The position numbers and the translations under genes were made by a program. A model generated the notes under the pieces. That model saw only the letters and a list, made by a program, of their open reading frames with translations. It did no database searches and had not been told where the DNA came from. Positions 18,384-27,167 of a DNA stretch of 64,000 bases are shown piece after piece (positions within the stretch are counted from its first letter, which is position 1; the number at the start of each line of letters is the position of its first letter). This stretch comes from Candidatus Norongarragalinales archaeon (lineage in GTDB: Archaea; Micrarchaeota; Micrarchaeia; Norongarragalinales; Norongarragalinaceae): NCBI GenBank assembly GCA_038884755.1, contig JAWABJ010000002.1:31157-95156 (forward strand), written 5' to 3'.

Positions 18384-19960
18384 CTTTTTATCCTCAAACC
18401 ACCAAGTTCGTGAGCGAAAACCCAACCGCAAACGTCTCCAATTTTAAACTCCATTGGCTTTCCGCCACCCTGTGCTTCTGAATATTTTGTTAGCCAGGTG
18501 AGCCATTTCTTCCAGTTTCTTGATCTTAGGTCTACCCAGCCTACGTTTGCCCATTTTTCAATTTCTTTTATCGTTGCATATTTTTTTTTTGTAGCTGGAA
18601 CCATGATGTTTGGTCCTGTTAGTATCTTTCCATTTGGCAGCAGGATTGGAATGCCTATAGATATTATTTTAGCTCGAAGTTCCTTGTTTGAAGAAATTAT
18701 TTCTAATGCTTTTTTTTCTATTTCGCCGGGCTTTTCTTTAGGCCGAGTTGGAACCTCTCTCATTATTTTTTTTAAGATTGTTGCCTCCCATAAAATTTTT
18801 GCCGTCAGCGGACCCAACGTTTGAATGCTTGCAACTTCATTACTATCGAGGCGTTCGAGTCTTTCTAACGCTATTTTTCTTTTAGCAGTTCCCTTTAATG
18901 TTGGTCCCAGGCTTGCGCTATCCAGTGCTCTAATAATTTCTTTTCCCGTGTCTTCCCCCTTTACTTCCCTGATAACTTCTTCTGCAATCTCCTCTGGAGT
19001 TATTAATTCCATACCGTCGGCCGCGGTGATTGCTGCAAACATCTCTTTTGTAAAAACATCATTTTCCCCCGTGTCAATCCACGGTCCCTCTAAATATCGT
19101 CCAAGCCTAACTGCATTCATGCCCTGCAGGCCTTTTCCTATAGGCTGGGCCTTTTCTATCGGGCAATCGTATAGTTCTATTTCGCCATCCTTTGTCCTAA
19201 TTTTTCCGCTGCCTATATTTCTCCATCCGATTAGTGCAGTTACTTTGATTTCTTTTATAACCGGCGCTCCAGGTGTTCGGCCTAGCACCCATAACAGCAT
19301 CGTTTGTGCTCCAGCTACTGCCGTTTTACCCATGAGTAATCTTGATGGTACCTCTCTTTCTCCATGATTGAACGGAAGTGTAAAGCCCAAGCCCCCACTT
19401 CCGCTGGTGCCTATCTTTAAGTATTGTTCAGTTTTTACCTTTCTAAGGCTATGAAATAGTATTTGCGTGTGTCGTACGAGGTGGGGGATTGACATTGATA
19501 GGGCTATCCTAAGCCATTTTTTGCTGTCGTTTTCGTGCATGACTTGTGCATACGGATCCAAATAAGCTAAGGCCGTTGCAGTATTAATCGCGTCTATAAC
19601 GATTTTGGGGTTGTGTTTTTCCATTATTTGAAATAAGAACGAATTTTTGACTGTTTCATCGTTAAATTCCCCAAAAACATCCTGAATCAGTTTTTCCTGA
19701 GATTCTGGGTTTTTTATTATTTCTCCGTTTATTTTTTCTTTTAATTCTGTTCTTACAAAAATATTACCCCATTCTCCGGTTAGAATTGTTTTTTCATTTA
19801 TATTTTTTAGTTCCCGTATGCCCCTTTCAACCTTTTTTTTTGTCAAATCTGCCAAAACTATTTTTGTTGGGTTTTCTCGCAGTAGCTGTTTGCATATTTC
19901 AAACCCAACCTGTCCCGCCCCCCCTAGGACTAGTATTGTTGATCCCTTGATCGTGCTCAT
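18380..19960 (-). CDS. Large Rossmann-fold (SDR-like) oxidoreductase of unknown function
   Basis: ILVLGGAGQVG dinucleotide-binding motif; DAINTATA, KIGTSGSGGLG, IDTGEN. Confidence 0.7.
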   Translation of the reverse strand: MSTIKGSTILVLGGAGQVGFEICKQLLRENPTKIVLADLTKKKVERGIRELKNINEKTILTGEWGNIFVRTELKEKINGEIIKNPESQEKLIQDVFGEFNDETVKNSFLFQIMEKHNPKIVIDAINTATALAYLDPYAQVMHENDSKKWLRIALSMSIPHLVRHTQILFHSLRKVKTEQYLKIGTSGSGGLGFTLPFNHGEREVPSRLLMGKTAVAGAQTMLLWVLGRTPGAPVIKEIKVTALIGWRNIGSGKIRTKDGEIELYDCPIEKAQPIGKGLQGMNAVRLGRYLEGPWIDTGENDVFTKEMFAAITAADGMELITPEEIAEEVIREVKGEDTGKEIIRALDSASLGPTLKGTAKRKIALERLERLDSNEVASIQTLGPLTAKILWEATILKKIMREVPTRPKEKPGEIEKKALEIISSNKELRAKIISIGIPILLPNGKILTGPNIMVPATKKKYATIKEIEKWANVGWVDLRSRNWKKWLTWLTKYSEAQGGGKPMEFKIGDVCGWVFAHELGGLRIKR

Positions 19961-19972
19961 ATGCTTTCACTA

Positions 19973-21271
19973 TTAATTTTTGACTTGGTGCAGAAGTTTA
20001 TCGTACAGGGTTAGCAGTGTCGTGGCTTCGTGTTGTACTGTTGTTGGCACGCCTTCCTTAGATCCAATCTCTGTGAAAGAAGAGAAGCCTATGAGTGGCG
20101 CGCCCCCAAGATTTTTCTTCAAATCCTTGAGATTTTGTGTGACTCCTTTTTCTCCTTCTACTACCCTGCAAGACGCACAGATTATTGCTAGTGCTAAAGC
20201 TGGTTTGTTTTCGTTCGTGTTCTTGTATAAATCTTCAACAACTTTTTGTGGGGCAGTTGCCATGCTTTTAGGAGTAGATTCCATTATGTATACTGGCCAC
20301 CCCTCTTCAAATGTTACTGTAAACGCCAGATTTTCTCCAGCTGGTACGCCGCCTGCGCGAATTATGTATCCTCCATAATTATCGGGTATTCCTAATGGGT
20401 GTTGTTGTGTAAGCACTAGCGATTTTTTAACAAATTCCTCTTTCTTTATTCCTAATTGTTCGCAGTACCACTCTACGGGGTTTTTACCGGATATTCCCGT
20501 TATAATATACCCCCCGCCCGTAACTCCCGAAATAAATCCTATTTTATTAGTTCTCTCAGTGCCGTGGACAAGTGATTCCCCGTACATTAAGCTGGTCGAA
20601 TTTACTGCTATTATGAGCCCGTCCTTTAATACTTTCCCCGAATGCAGCAAGTATATTTCGTATGGTTTTTGTTCAAAAAGTTTTTCGAGGTGAACGCCCA
20701 TGCTTCCTCCCCAAATAGGTACGTTAAACCCAACCTCTTCAGTTATTCCTTGAATTATTTTAGTTTCCTCACCCATTTGAGGAAGCTTCATTCCTTTTGC
20801 AAAAACCGTGATGTAAAATGACGGCTTCTTAACCATCCATTTTACATTTCCACTCCTCATTCTTGTAAATTGCAGATATGGATCTATATACTTATCAATT
20901 GAAATTTTACTTAGTGCTTCAGACGTAACTTTTTTTGACAAACCTTTAGGATCCTTTGAAATTCCTTCTATTGATGAAATTCCAACGTGTAAATATTCGC
21001 TGTATACACTGGCCACAACAACTCCCGTGCGTTCTATTTTATCTTCGAAGAAAACAGCATCTGCGGTTCCACCAATAAATTCCGTTTTTCCAAGCGTTTC
21101 TTTTAATCCATCACTTATTTTTTGAGGGTCATAGTCTCCAGCAAAGAACACATATGATATTGTTGGTTTTTTTCCTTTCAATCCTCTTAGTGCTTTTTTA
21201 CCTGCTTCCCGTGCAGCTTTCTTTGGGTCTCCGTTTGCCGAAAAGCCATTACCTACTAGTACATTAAACAT
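19973..21271 (-). CDS. Stand-alone FIST (FIST_N + FIST_C) sensory protein
   Basis: AAREAGKKAL, FIGGTA, PIWGGS, QHPLG, ICASCR, PLIGFSSFTEIG. Confidence 0.88.
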   Translation of the reverse strand: MFNVLVGNGFSANGDPKKAAREAGKKALRGLKGKKPTISYVFFAGDYDPQKISDGLKETLGKTEFIGGTADAVFFEDKIERTGVVVASVYSEYLHVGISSIEGISKDPKGLSKKVTSEALSKISIDKYIDPYLQFTRMRSGNVKWMVKKPSFYITVFAKGMKLPQMGEETKIIQGITEEVGFNVPIWGGSMGVHLEKLFEQKPYEIYLLHSGKVLKDGLIIAVNSTSLMYGESLVHGTERTNKIGFISGVTGGGYIITGISGKNPVEWYCEQLGIKKEEFVKKSLVLTQQHPLGIPDNYGGYIIRAGGVPAGENLAFTVTFEEGWPVYIMESTPKSMATAPQKVVEDLYKNTNENKPALALAIICASCRVVEGEKGVTQNLKDLKKNLGGAPLIGFSSFTEIGSKEGVPTTVQHEATTLLTLYDKLLHQVKN

Positions 21272-21286
21272 CCCTATCGCCTCTTT

Positions 21287-21571
21287 TTACATCTCAAAAA
21301 TGTCGTGTATTACCCTCATTCTTTCCATTTCGCTCGGCCAGGCGACGAGCGCCATGCCGATTTTCTTTACTTTTATCTTTCCTTCCCGGGCCAATTGGTC
21401 GAAGTGGTATTTCAAGTGTGCCAGAACTTGCTTTCGTTCTTTCGCGCTTGATTGTTTGGCGAGCAAGTGCATTGCTTCCGCCACTTCAGTCACGTGCGCC
21501 GGCCACTTTCTTTTTATTATTGCGTAAACTTCCTCTCGGTTGATTTTTCGTGAAGGTCTCCCTTTTTTCAT
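21287..21571 (-). CDS. Small winged-helix DNA-binding protein
   Basis: HVTEVAEAM..LKYHFDQLAREGKIKVKKIG. Confidence 0.7.
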   Translation of the reverse strand: MKKGRPSRKINREEVYAIIKRKWPAHVTEVAEAMHLLAKQSSAKERKQVLAHLKYHFDQLAREGKIKVKKIGMALVAWPSEMERMRVIHDIFEM

Positions 21572-21598
21572 TATTTCCCTCCGACTACTTAACGCTTG

Positions 21599-21735
21599 TG
21601 CTGCATATCCTTATTAGATATGCATAAACTCAAAGCTTTTTCCTTACGAAATTGAGGTTTTTAACTCTAACGACCCTATCTTTATGGATATGCCTAAACT
21701 TTCCCGGTATTTTGCTGCATATTGTTGGATATGCC
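21599..21735. promoter_or_regulatory. Three GCATAT(C)/GATATGC operator-like sites in the divergent intergenic region
   Basis: TGCATATC-N7-GATATGCA (21602-21624), TATC-N6-GATATGC (21677-21693), TGCATAT-N5-GATATGC (21716-21734). Confidence 0.6.
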
Positions 21736-21884
21736 GTTATTTCGCTGGAAATGGGTTTTTTCTTGCGTCTACGATTTTTAGCCTGTAAGGCGCATAATTG
21801 TCCGCAGCCCGCCGGCGGTATGAAACGTTTAGTTGATTTTTAGTCAACTCAAGGAATTTAGCGTTCGCTTGTCGGGTTTATCTT

Positions 21885-23150
21885 GTGTATATTTTCAAAG
21901 CCGTACGTGGCGAAGGAGTTTACCTGTTTGACGAAAACGGCAAGAAATACTTAGATGCTGCTGCTGGCACTTTCAACTTAAGCCTGGGTTATTCTCATCC
22001 TGCCCTAATTGCTGCCGCCAAAGAGCAGTTGGAAATATTAGCTTACGCTTCTTCTAGTTTTTCAACAGACGCTGTTGCTGCCCTTTCAGAAAAACTATTA
22101 TCCGTGAGTCCAATCAGTTCCGGGTTTGTACATCTTAAAGTGACGGGTGGCTCAACTGCGAACGAAGTAGCCATTAGGATGGCTTTAAAATATACTGGTA
22201 AGCCTGGCATAATTTCTTTGGCGCGGAGCCATTTAGGCCAAACTTTATTTATGCACGAAGTATCTGATTTTCCTTTCAAAAAAGTGCTATCTTATCGGTA
22301 TCCAGGAATAATCCGAGTTCCTTCTGCTTATTGCTATAGGTGTCCTTTGGGCTTGCGTTTTCCTTCTTGCGGAATTGCTTGTGCCAATGAAATTCGAAAA
22401 TTAGTTTCTAGTGCTAAAGAAAAACCCGCATGTTTGATAATGGAGCCGATACTTGGGAACGGAGGCAACATAATGCCGCCAGTTCAGTACTTTAAAGAAA
22501 TGCGAGAAATTTGTGATGAATTAGAGATAGCGCTTATTTTTGATGAAGTTCAAACCGGCATTGGGCGTACGGGCGAAATGTTTGCCGCCCAAACTTTCAA
22601 GGTTAAGCCTGATATAATAACTGTTGCGAAAGGACTCGGAGGTATTGGTTTCAATGTTGCCGCAGTTATCGCTGAAAAAAGATTTGATTGTCTTGAGAAA
22701 TATGAAAAATCTTTTACTTCTGGTGCGTCGGCATTGCCTTGTGCTGTCGCAACTAAAATTATAGATATAATTCGACAGAAGCCTTTCCTTCAAAATGTTA
22801 AGGCTTCTGGGAATCTGATTAGAAAAAGGCTGAATGAATTGCAAGAAAAATTCAATTTTATAGGGGATGTTCGCGGTGTCGGTCTTATGCTTGGGGTTGA
22901 GTTTGTGAACTTGAAGGGCGGTCCAGATTCAAAGATAACGAACTTAATAGCCGCAAAAGCACTTGGAAATGGCTTGATATTAAGGACTTCCCAGTATGGT
23001 CTAGGAAATGTAATCAAAATTAAGCCGCCTTTAATATTAACTTTGGAGGAGGCAAATGAGGTTTGCGATAAATTCGAAAAGACGCTTAAACAGGTGAATG
23101 CCCATGTACCGAGAGGATTCATTAAAACTGGCGGAAACAGTATTCCGTAA
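21885..23150 (+). CDS. Class III PLP-dependent aminotransferase
   Basis: GKKYLD, LGYSHP, MEPILGNGG, FDEVQTGIGRTG, VAKGLGG, DVRGVGLMLG, IKPPL. Confidence 0.92.
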   Translation: MYIFKAVRGEGVYLFDENGKKYLDAAAGTFNLSLGYSHPALIAAAKEQLEILAYASSSFSTDAVAALSEKLLSVSPISSGFVHLKVTGGSTANEVAIRMALKYTGKPGIISLARSHLGQTLFMHEVSDFPFKKVLSYRYPGIIRVPSAYCYRCPLGLRFPSCGIACANEIRKLVSSAKEKPACLIMEPILGNGGNIMPPVQYFKEMREICDELEIALIFDEVQTGIGRTGEMFAAQTFKVKPDIITVAKGLGGIGFNVAAVIAEKRFDCLEKYEKSFTSGASALPCAVATKIIDIIRQKPFLQNVKASGNLIRKRLNELQEKFNFIGDVRGVGLMLGVEFVNLKGGPDSKITNLIAAKALGNGLILRTSQYGLGNVIKIKPPLILTLEEANEVCDKFEKTLKQVNAHVPRGFIKTGGNSIP

Positions 23151-24042
23151 CATTCAGCAATATTCGAATTTAACGAAAAGAAAATTCCTGCTAGCTAAAA
23201 GTCCAGGCGGCGACCAACAATTTGGAATCGATAAAGTAGCCGAGCGAGCAGTATTTGAGATTCTAAAGAAATCAAAAGAGGATGTTGCTTATTACTCTGA
23301 AGGTCGCGGGTTAGTGAATTTAAGTAAAAAACCCGAATACCTGTTTGTAATTGATCCGATTGACGGGACGAGGCCTTCAGCCGCTGGTTTGGAGTCTTGT
23401 ACAGTTTCAATAGCCGTTGCTAAATACTCTAAGGATGCTGCGCTTAAAGACGTCATTTTTGCTTTAGTAAAAGAACTTAAAACAGGCGATTATTTCGTAG
23501 CCGAAGAAAACAAGCCCATAAAATTCTTTCGAGATGGTGTGGCCGTCAAAACTACCTTATCGCAAAACGACTCTATCGAAAAAATGTTTTGGAGCATTGA
23601 ATTCAACGGGCACCCTTCTAAATTGATGACTAGCGCTTATGGCCATCTTATTGATGCTTCAGCTAATACCGGCGGAATATTTGTGTTTAATAGCGCTTCG
23701 TTTTCAATTACGCGGATAGTTTCCGGACAATTAGATGCCTATGTAGATGTTGGAAATAGGCTTCTTAGAGAGCACCCCTTACTGGAGGATAATTTTAAAA
23801 ATGCGGGGAAGGGCGGAATACTGCACCTTTTTCCTTATGATATTGCTGCCGCGTGGTTTATAGCTACTAAAAAGGGAGTCAAAATAACTGACGGGTTTGG
23901 TGAAGATCTAGGCGATACTCTGCTAACCGATTTAAGCTTTGAAAATCAACGGTCTTGCATAGCTGCAGCAAATAATTCTCTTCACAAGCAAATAATTAAA
24001 AAAATAAACTGGGATGCAATTGAATTTAAGAGAAAACTTTAG
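23098..24042 (+). CDS. Inositol monophosphatase-family phosphatase
   Basis: IDKVAE, SEG, VIDPIDGT, PYDIAA. Confidence 0.88.
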   Translation: MPMYREDSLKLAETVFRNIQQYSNLTKRKFLLAKSPGGDQQFGIDKVAERAVFEILKKSKEDVAYYSEGRGLVNLSKKPEYLFVIDPIDGTRPSAAGLESCTVSIAVAKYSKDAALKDVIFALVKELKTGDYFVAEENKPIKFFRDGVAVKTTLSQNDSIEKMFWSIEFNGHPSKLMTSAYGHLIDASANTGGIFVFNSASFSITRIVSGQLDAYVDVGNRLLREHPLLEDNFKNAGKGGILHLFPYDIAAAWFIATKKGVKITDGFGEDLGDTLLTDLSFENQRSCIAAANNSLHKQIIKKINWDAIEFKRKL

Positions 24043-25057
24043 GCGTTCGCTGTCTGTGTATTCACATTCTGCTCCACATGATGTTGCTGTAGCCGGCGAC
24101 TTATGCGTCGATCTTGTTTTTCCAAAGTCTCACCGCCTTCCTAAACCAGGTGGCGAGCTTAGCACAACGTCAGCAGAAAAACGTGTTGGTGGTTCTTCAG
24201 GTATTACTGCAATGCAACTGGCTACTTTAGGCAATAATGTTGTTTTAATTGGCAATATTGGTGAAGATCAGGAGGGGCGGTGGCTTAAATCGAATTTTGA
24301 GTCCGCCGGCGTTGATACTTCCAAAATAAACCAGCACCCTGGCGTTGATACTGGCAAGAGTTTTGTTGTACCGCTTAAAAATGATCGTAGTTTCATAACT
24401 GTAATTGGTGCAAACGCTCGTCCGATTCGACTTGCTTCCTTAAAGGCTCATGCGCTTATTGTTACCGCGTTCTTTCAAGCGCCAGGCCTTCATGCGGGCG
24501 CCTTTGCCAAAGATCTTGAACGATTCAAGTCAGCTGGCGGAATAGTTGCATTAGACTGCAATCATGATTCTTCTGGTGTTTGGTTTAAGAAAATCAAGCC
24601 GGTTTTAGCCGCAACTGATGTTTTTTATCCGAACCAAAAGGAGTTTGATAAATTAATGCGAACTTCTGATTCTAGCCCGTGGAACTGGGGGCCTAAAACT
24701 ATTGTTGTAAAAGAACAGCAGAATGGTGCAACTTTGTTTGACCTTTCTGCGCCCAAAAAGCGACGGTTGCCCTTAGGTGTTATACCCTATCTTGCTTTGC
24801 GTGCAATGCGCAAGCCTGCAGTTTTAGGTTCTCAAAAAACCAAAGTCTACGGTGTTCCCGTGGGTCGTTTTGTAGATTCAAACGGTGCTGGTGACGTTTG
24901 GGGCGCCACTTATGTTGATGCTTTGCTTAAAACCGGCGACAAACATTTTGCAGTATTAGCTGCTAACGTTGCCGGTGCCATTTCTACAACTAGAACGCGT
25001 AAAGTAGTAACCCGCGAAGAGATAATCCAAAAAATAGCTGAGCTAATGTCGACCTAG
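24014..25057 (+). CDS. PfkB/ribokinase-family kinase
   Basis: GDLCVD, GGSSG..A..LATLG, GNIGED, PNQKE, DSNGAGD. Confidence 0.88.
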   Translation: MQLNLRENFRRSLSVYSHSAPHDVAVAGDLCVDLVFPKSHRLPKPGGELSTTSAEKRVGGSSGITAMQLATLGNNVVLIGNIGEDQEGRWLKSNFESAGVDTSKINQHPGVDTGKSFVVPLKNDRSFITVIGANARPIRLASLKAHALIVTAFFQAPGLHAGAFAKDLERFKSAGGIVALDCNHDSSGVWFKKIKPVLAATDVFYPNQKEFDKLMRTSDSSPWNWGPKTIVVKEQQNGATLFDLSAPKKRRLPLGVIPYLALRAMRKPAVLGSQKTKVYGVPVGRFVDSNGAGDVWGATYVDALLKTGDKHFAVLAANVAGAISTTRTRKVVTREEIIQKIAELMST

Positions 25058-25070
25058 ATTTTTTCATTTT

Positions 25071-25832
25071 TCACTTGAAAACGTCTTCGGTTTTCTTTAC
25101 TTGAAGCCCGTGTTCGGTAATCGCGAAAGGGTGGAATGCAAGCGAATGTTTCGTTCCGCGCATTTTTCTTATGTATGCCGTGCGGTTTTCGCTCGAGCCT
25201 ATGCTTAGCATGTTCAACAGTATTACTCCGTCTGCAACGTATTCTTCCACGCCGTACTTGCTGAATTTGAGAGAGCCGGTTTTGCTCGCGTCTTGTTCTT
25301 CGATTTCGGAAGTGAGGATCGATGTGATGCCTGATTTTCCGAGCGTATAGGAAAGCTTGAGGATGTTTTTTCGGATGTCGCCTTCTTTTTCTAGCAGTTG
25401 TCCCATTGCGGGAATGCTGTCTACTACCAGTCTTTTGGCGCCTACTTTGCGGGCTGTTGCGAGCATTTCGACGAGCAGTTTGTTAAAATCAAGTCCGGGC
25501 ATGAGCAAATGTTCTTCGTCGCTTGGAGCGCCGATTTTCGCGCTCGAACCGTCTAGAATCGCAATTTTGTCGTGTTTTTCTTCTTCGGCAATGTTCCAGC
25601 CGAAGCGGAGCATGTCTTGGCGGATTTTGTCGGGGTGTTCGTCGAAAGTGACGAAAACGCCGGGTTCGTTGTATTCCGTGGCGCCTTTGTAAAGGAATTC
25701 CATGCCGAAAATGCTTTTTCCCGTTCCTGACGCTCCTGAAACGAGCACGGTTCTACCGCGGGGTATGCCTCCTTCTATCAGTTCATCAAGCCCTTTGATG
25801 CCTGTTTTTACGCGGTCGAACCCGTCTGCCAT
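25071..25832 (-). CDS. Single-domain KaiC/RAD55-like ATPase
   Basis: TGIKGLDELIEGGIP, GASGTGKS, RLVVDS, EEYVADGVI, IRKMRGTKH. Confidence 0.92.
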   Translation of the reverse strand: MADGFDRVKTGIKGLDELIEGGIPRGRTVLVSGASGTGKSIFGMEFLYKGATEYNEPGVFVTFDEHPDKIRQDMLRFGWNIAEEEKHDKIAILDGSSAKIGAPSDEEHLLMPGLDFNKLLVEMLATARKVGAKRLVVDSIPAMGQLLEKEGDIRKNILKLSYTLGKSGITSILTSEIEEQDASKTGSLKFSKYGVEEYVADGVILLNMLSIGSSENRTAYIRKMRGTKHSLAFHPFAITEHGLQVKKTEDVFK

Positions 25833-25909
25833 GTTTTTCTTACTCCGCGCGGCTTTAAAACCGTTTTTTTAATTGCAAACGTGCTTATTTTTACTGTAGG
25901 CTGGTTGGT

Positions 25910-27163
25910 TTGGCTATACGTTTTGCTCACATGTCGGACGTTCACTTGGGCGCGTTTCGCGAGAAGGAATTGCGCGAGTTGAACATACGCGCGTTCGAAA
26001 AGGCGGTCGACGTTTGCGTCGAAAAGAACGCAGATTTCGTCGTTATTGCGGGAGACTTTTTCGACATTGCATTGCCGGAAATGGGCGTTATCGACAGGGC
26101 GGTGCGCAAGATGCGCGAAGCGCAAGCGCGGGGAATGCGGTTTTATTTGGTTTACGGCTCTCACGATTACTCGCCTACCGAAACGAGCGTGATAGACGTT
26201 TTGTGTTCGGCGGGGGTTTTAGTGAAAGTTTCGGGTGAAGAAACTGGCGCTGATGGCGTGAAAACGCTCAAGGTTTTCAAGGACGAAAAGACGGGCGTTA
26301 GCTTTGCCGGAGTCTCCGCGAGGGCTCGCGGCTTGGAGGAAGCAGAGTTCCAAAAAATCGATTTTTCTGTGCTCGAAAGCGTGCCAAACCCGAAGATTTT
26401 CGTTTTTCATTCTGCGGTTTCCGAATATACTCGCGAGGAGTTTCACGGTTTTGCGGGCGGGGTTTCCGTAAATTCGCTTCCGAAGGGTTTCGATTATTAC
26501 GCGACGGGGCACGTGCACTTGCCGCAAGTGATTCGCGATCCAGCACTGCAAAACAAGCCGTTGGTTTTTCCTGGCCCGTTGTTTGCTTCTGATTATAGGG
26601 ATTTGGAGGCGCTTGCGAATGAAAAGCACGGTTTTTGGTTTTGCACTTTGGAAAGCGGAGCGTGCAACGTAGAGCGCGTTGAGCTTGACGCGTGTCGCGT
26701 GGTTTTCTTGCAGTACGATGCTTCTGGAAAAGATTCTTCTGTGGTGGAGGGAGATTTGCTGGAGTTGGTTTCTTCGCAGGATTTGCAGGGTAAAGTGGTT
26801 TTGCTGCGTGTTGCGGGGATTTTGTCGAGCGGTTCGCCCAAGGACGTCAACTTTTCGGCTCTGCGCGAGAAGGCGAACTCGCGAGGAGCTCTTGTTTTTT
26901 ATCTAAACCGCAATGCGCTAGAATCGAGAGAGCGGGAGGTGTTGGTCTCCAGTCCTGCGGACGCTTGGAATGTGGAGGAAGAGTTGTTCGCAAAGAGTTT
27001 GGAGTCGCTTTCGGGAGTTTCTCAAGAGCTCAAGGGTTCTGCCGGAATTCTAAAGTCGAAGGCGTTGCTTTCCGCGCTTAAGACCGAGCAAGCGGGCGGC
27101 GAGTCGAAAGCGGATTTTGACTTGAGGATAGCGCGCGTTTCGAAGGAAGTTTTGGGTGCGTGA
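25910..27163 (+). CDS. mre11: Mre11 nuclease
   Basis: SDVHLG, AGDFFD, GSHD, FHSA, GHVH; adjacent to rad50. Confidence 0.9.
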   Translation: MAIRFAHMSDVHLGAFREKELRELNIRAFEKAVDVCVEKNADFVVIAGDFFDIALPEMGVIDRAVRKMREAQARGMRFYLVYGSHDYSPTETSVIDVLCSAGVLVKVSGEETGADGVKTLKVFKDEKTGVSFAGVSARARGLEEAEFQKIDFSVLESVPNPKIFVFHSAVSEYTREEFHGFAGGVSVNSLPKGFDYYATGHVHLPQVIRDPALQNKPLVFPGPLFASDYRDLEALANEKHGFWFCTLESGACNVERVELDACRVVFLQYDASGKDSSVVEGDLLELVSSQDLQGKVVLLRVAGILSSGSPKDVNFSALREKANSRGALVFYLNRNALESREREVLVSSPADAWNVEEELFAKSLESLSGVSQELKGSAGILKSKALLSALKTEQAGGESKADFDLRIARVSKEVLGA

Positions 27164-27167
27164 AAAA

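Noticed and set aside
12242..25057. Provirus or integrative element
   Set aside because: No integrase, transposase, capsid gene or flanking att direct repeat recognised
25071..25832. Circadian clock KaiC
   Set aside because: Single ATPase domain and no kaiA/kaiB; typical archaeal KaiC/RAD55-like protein
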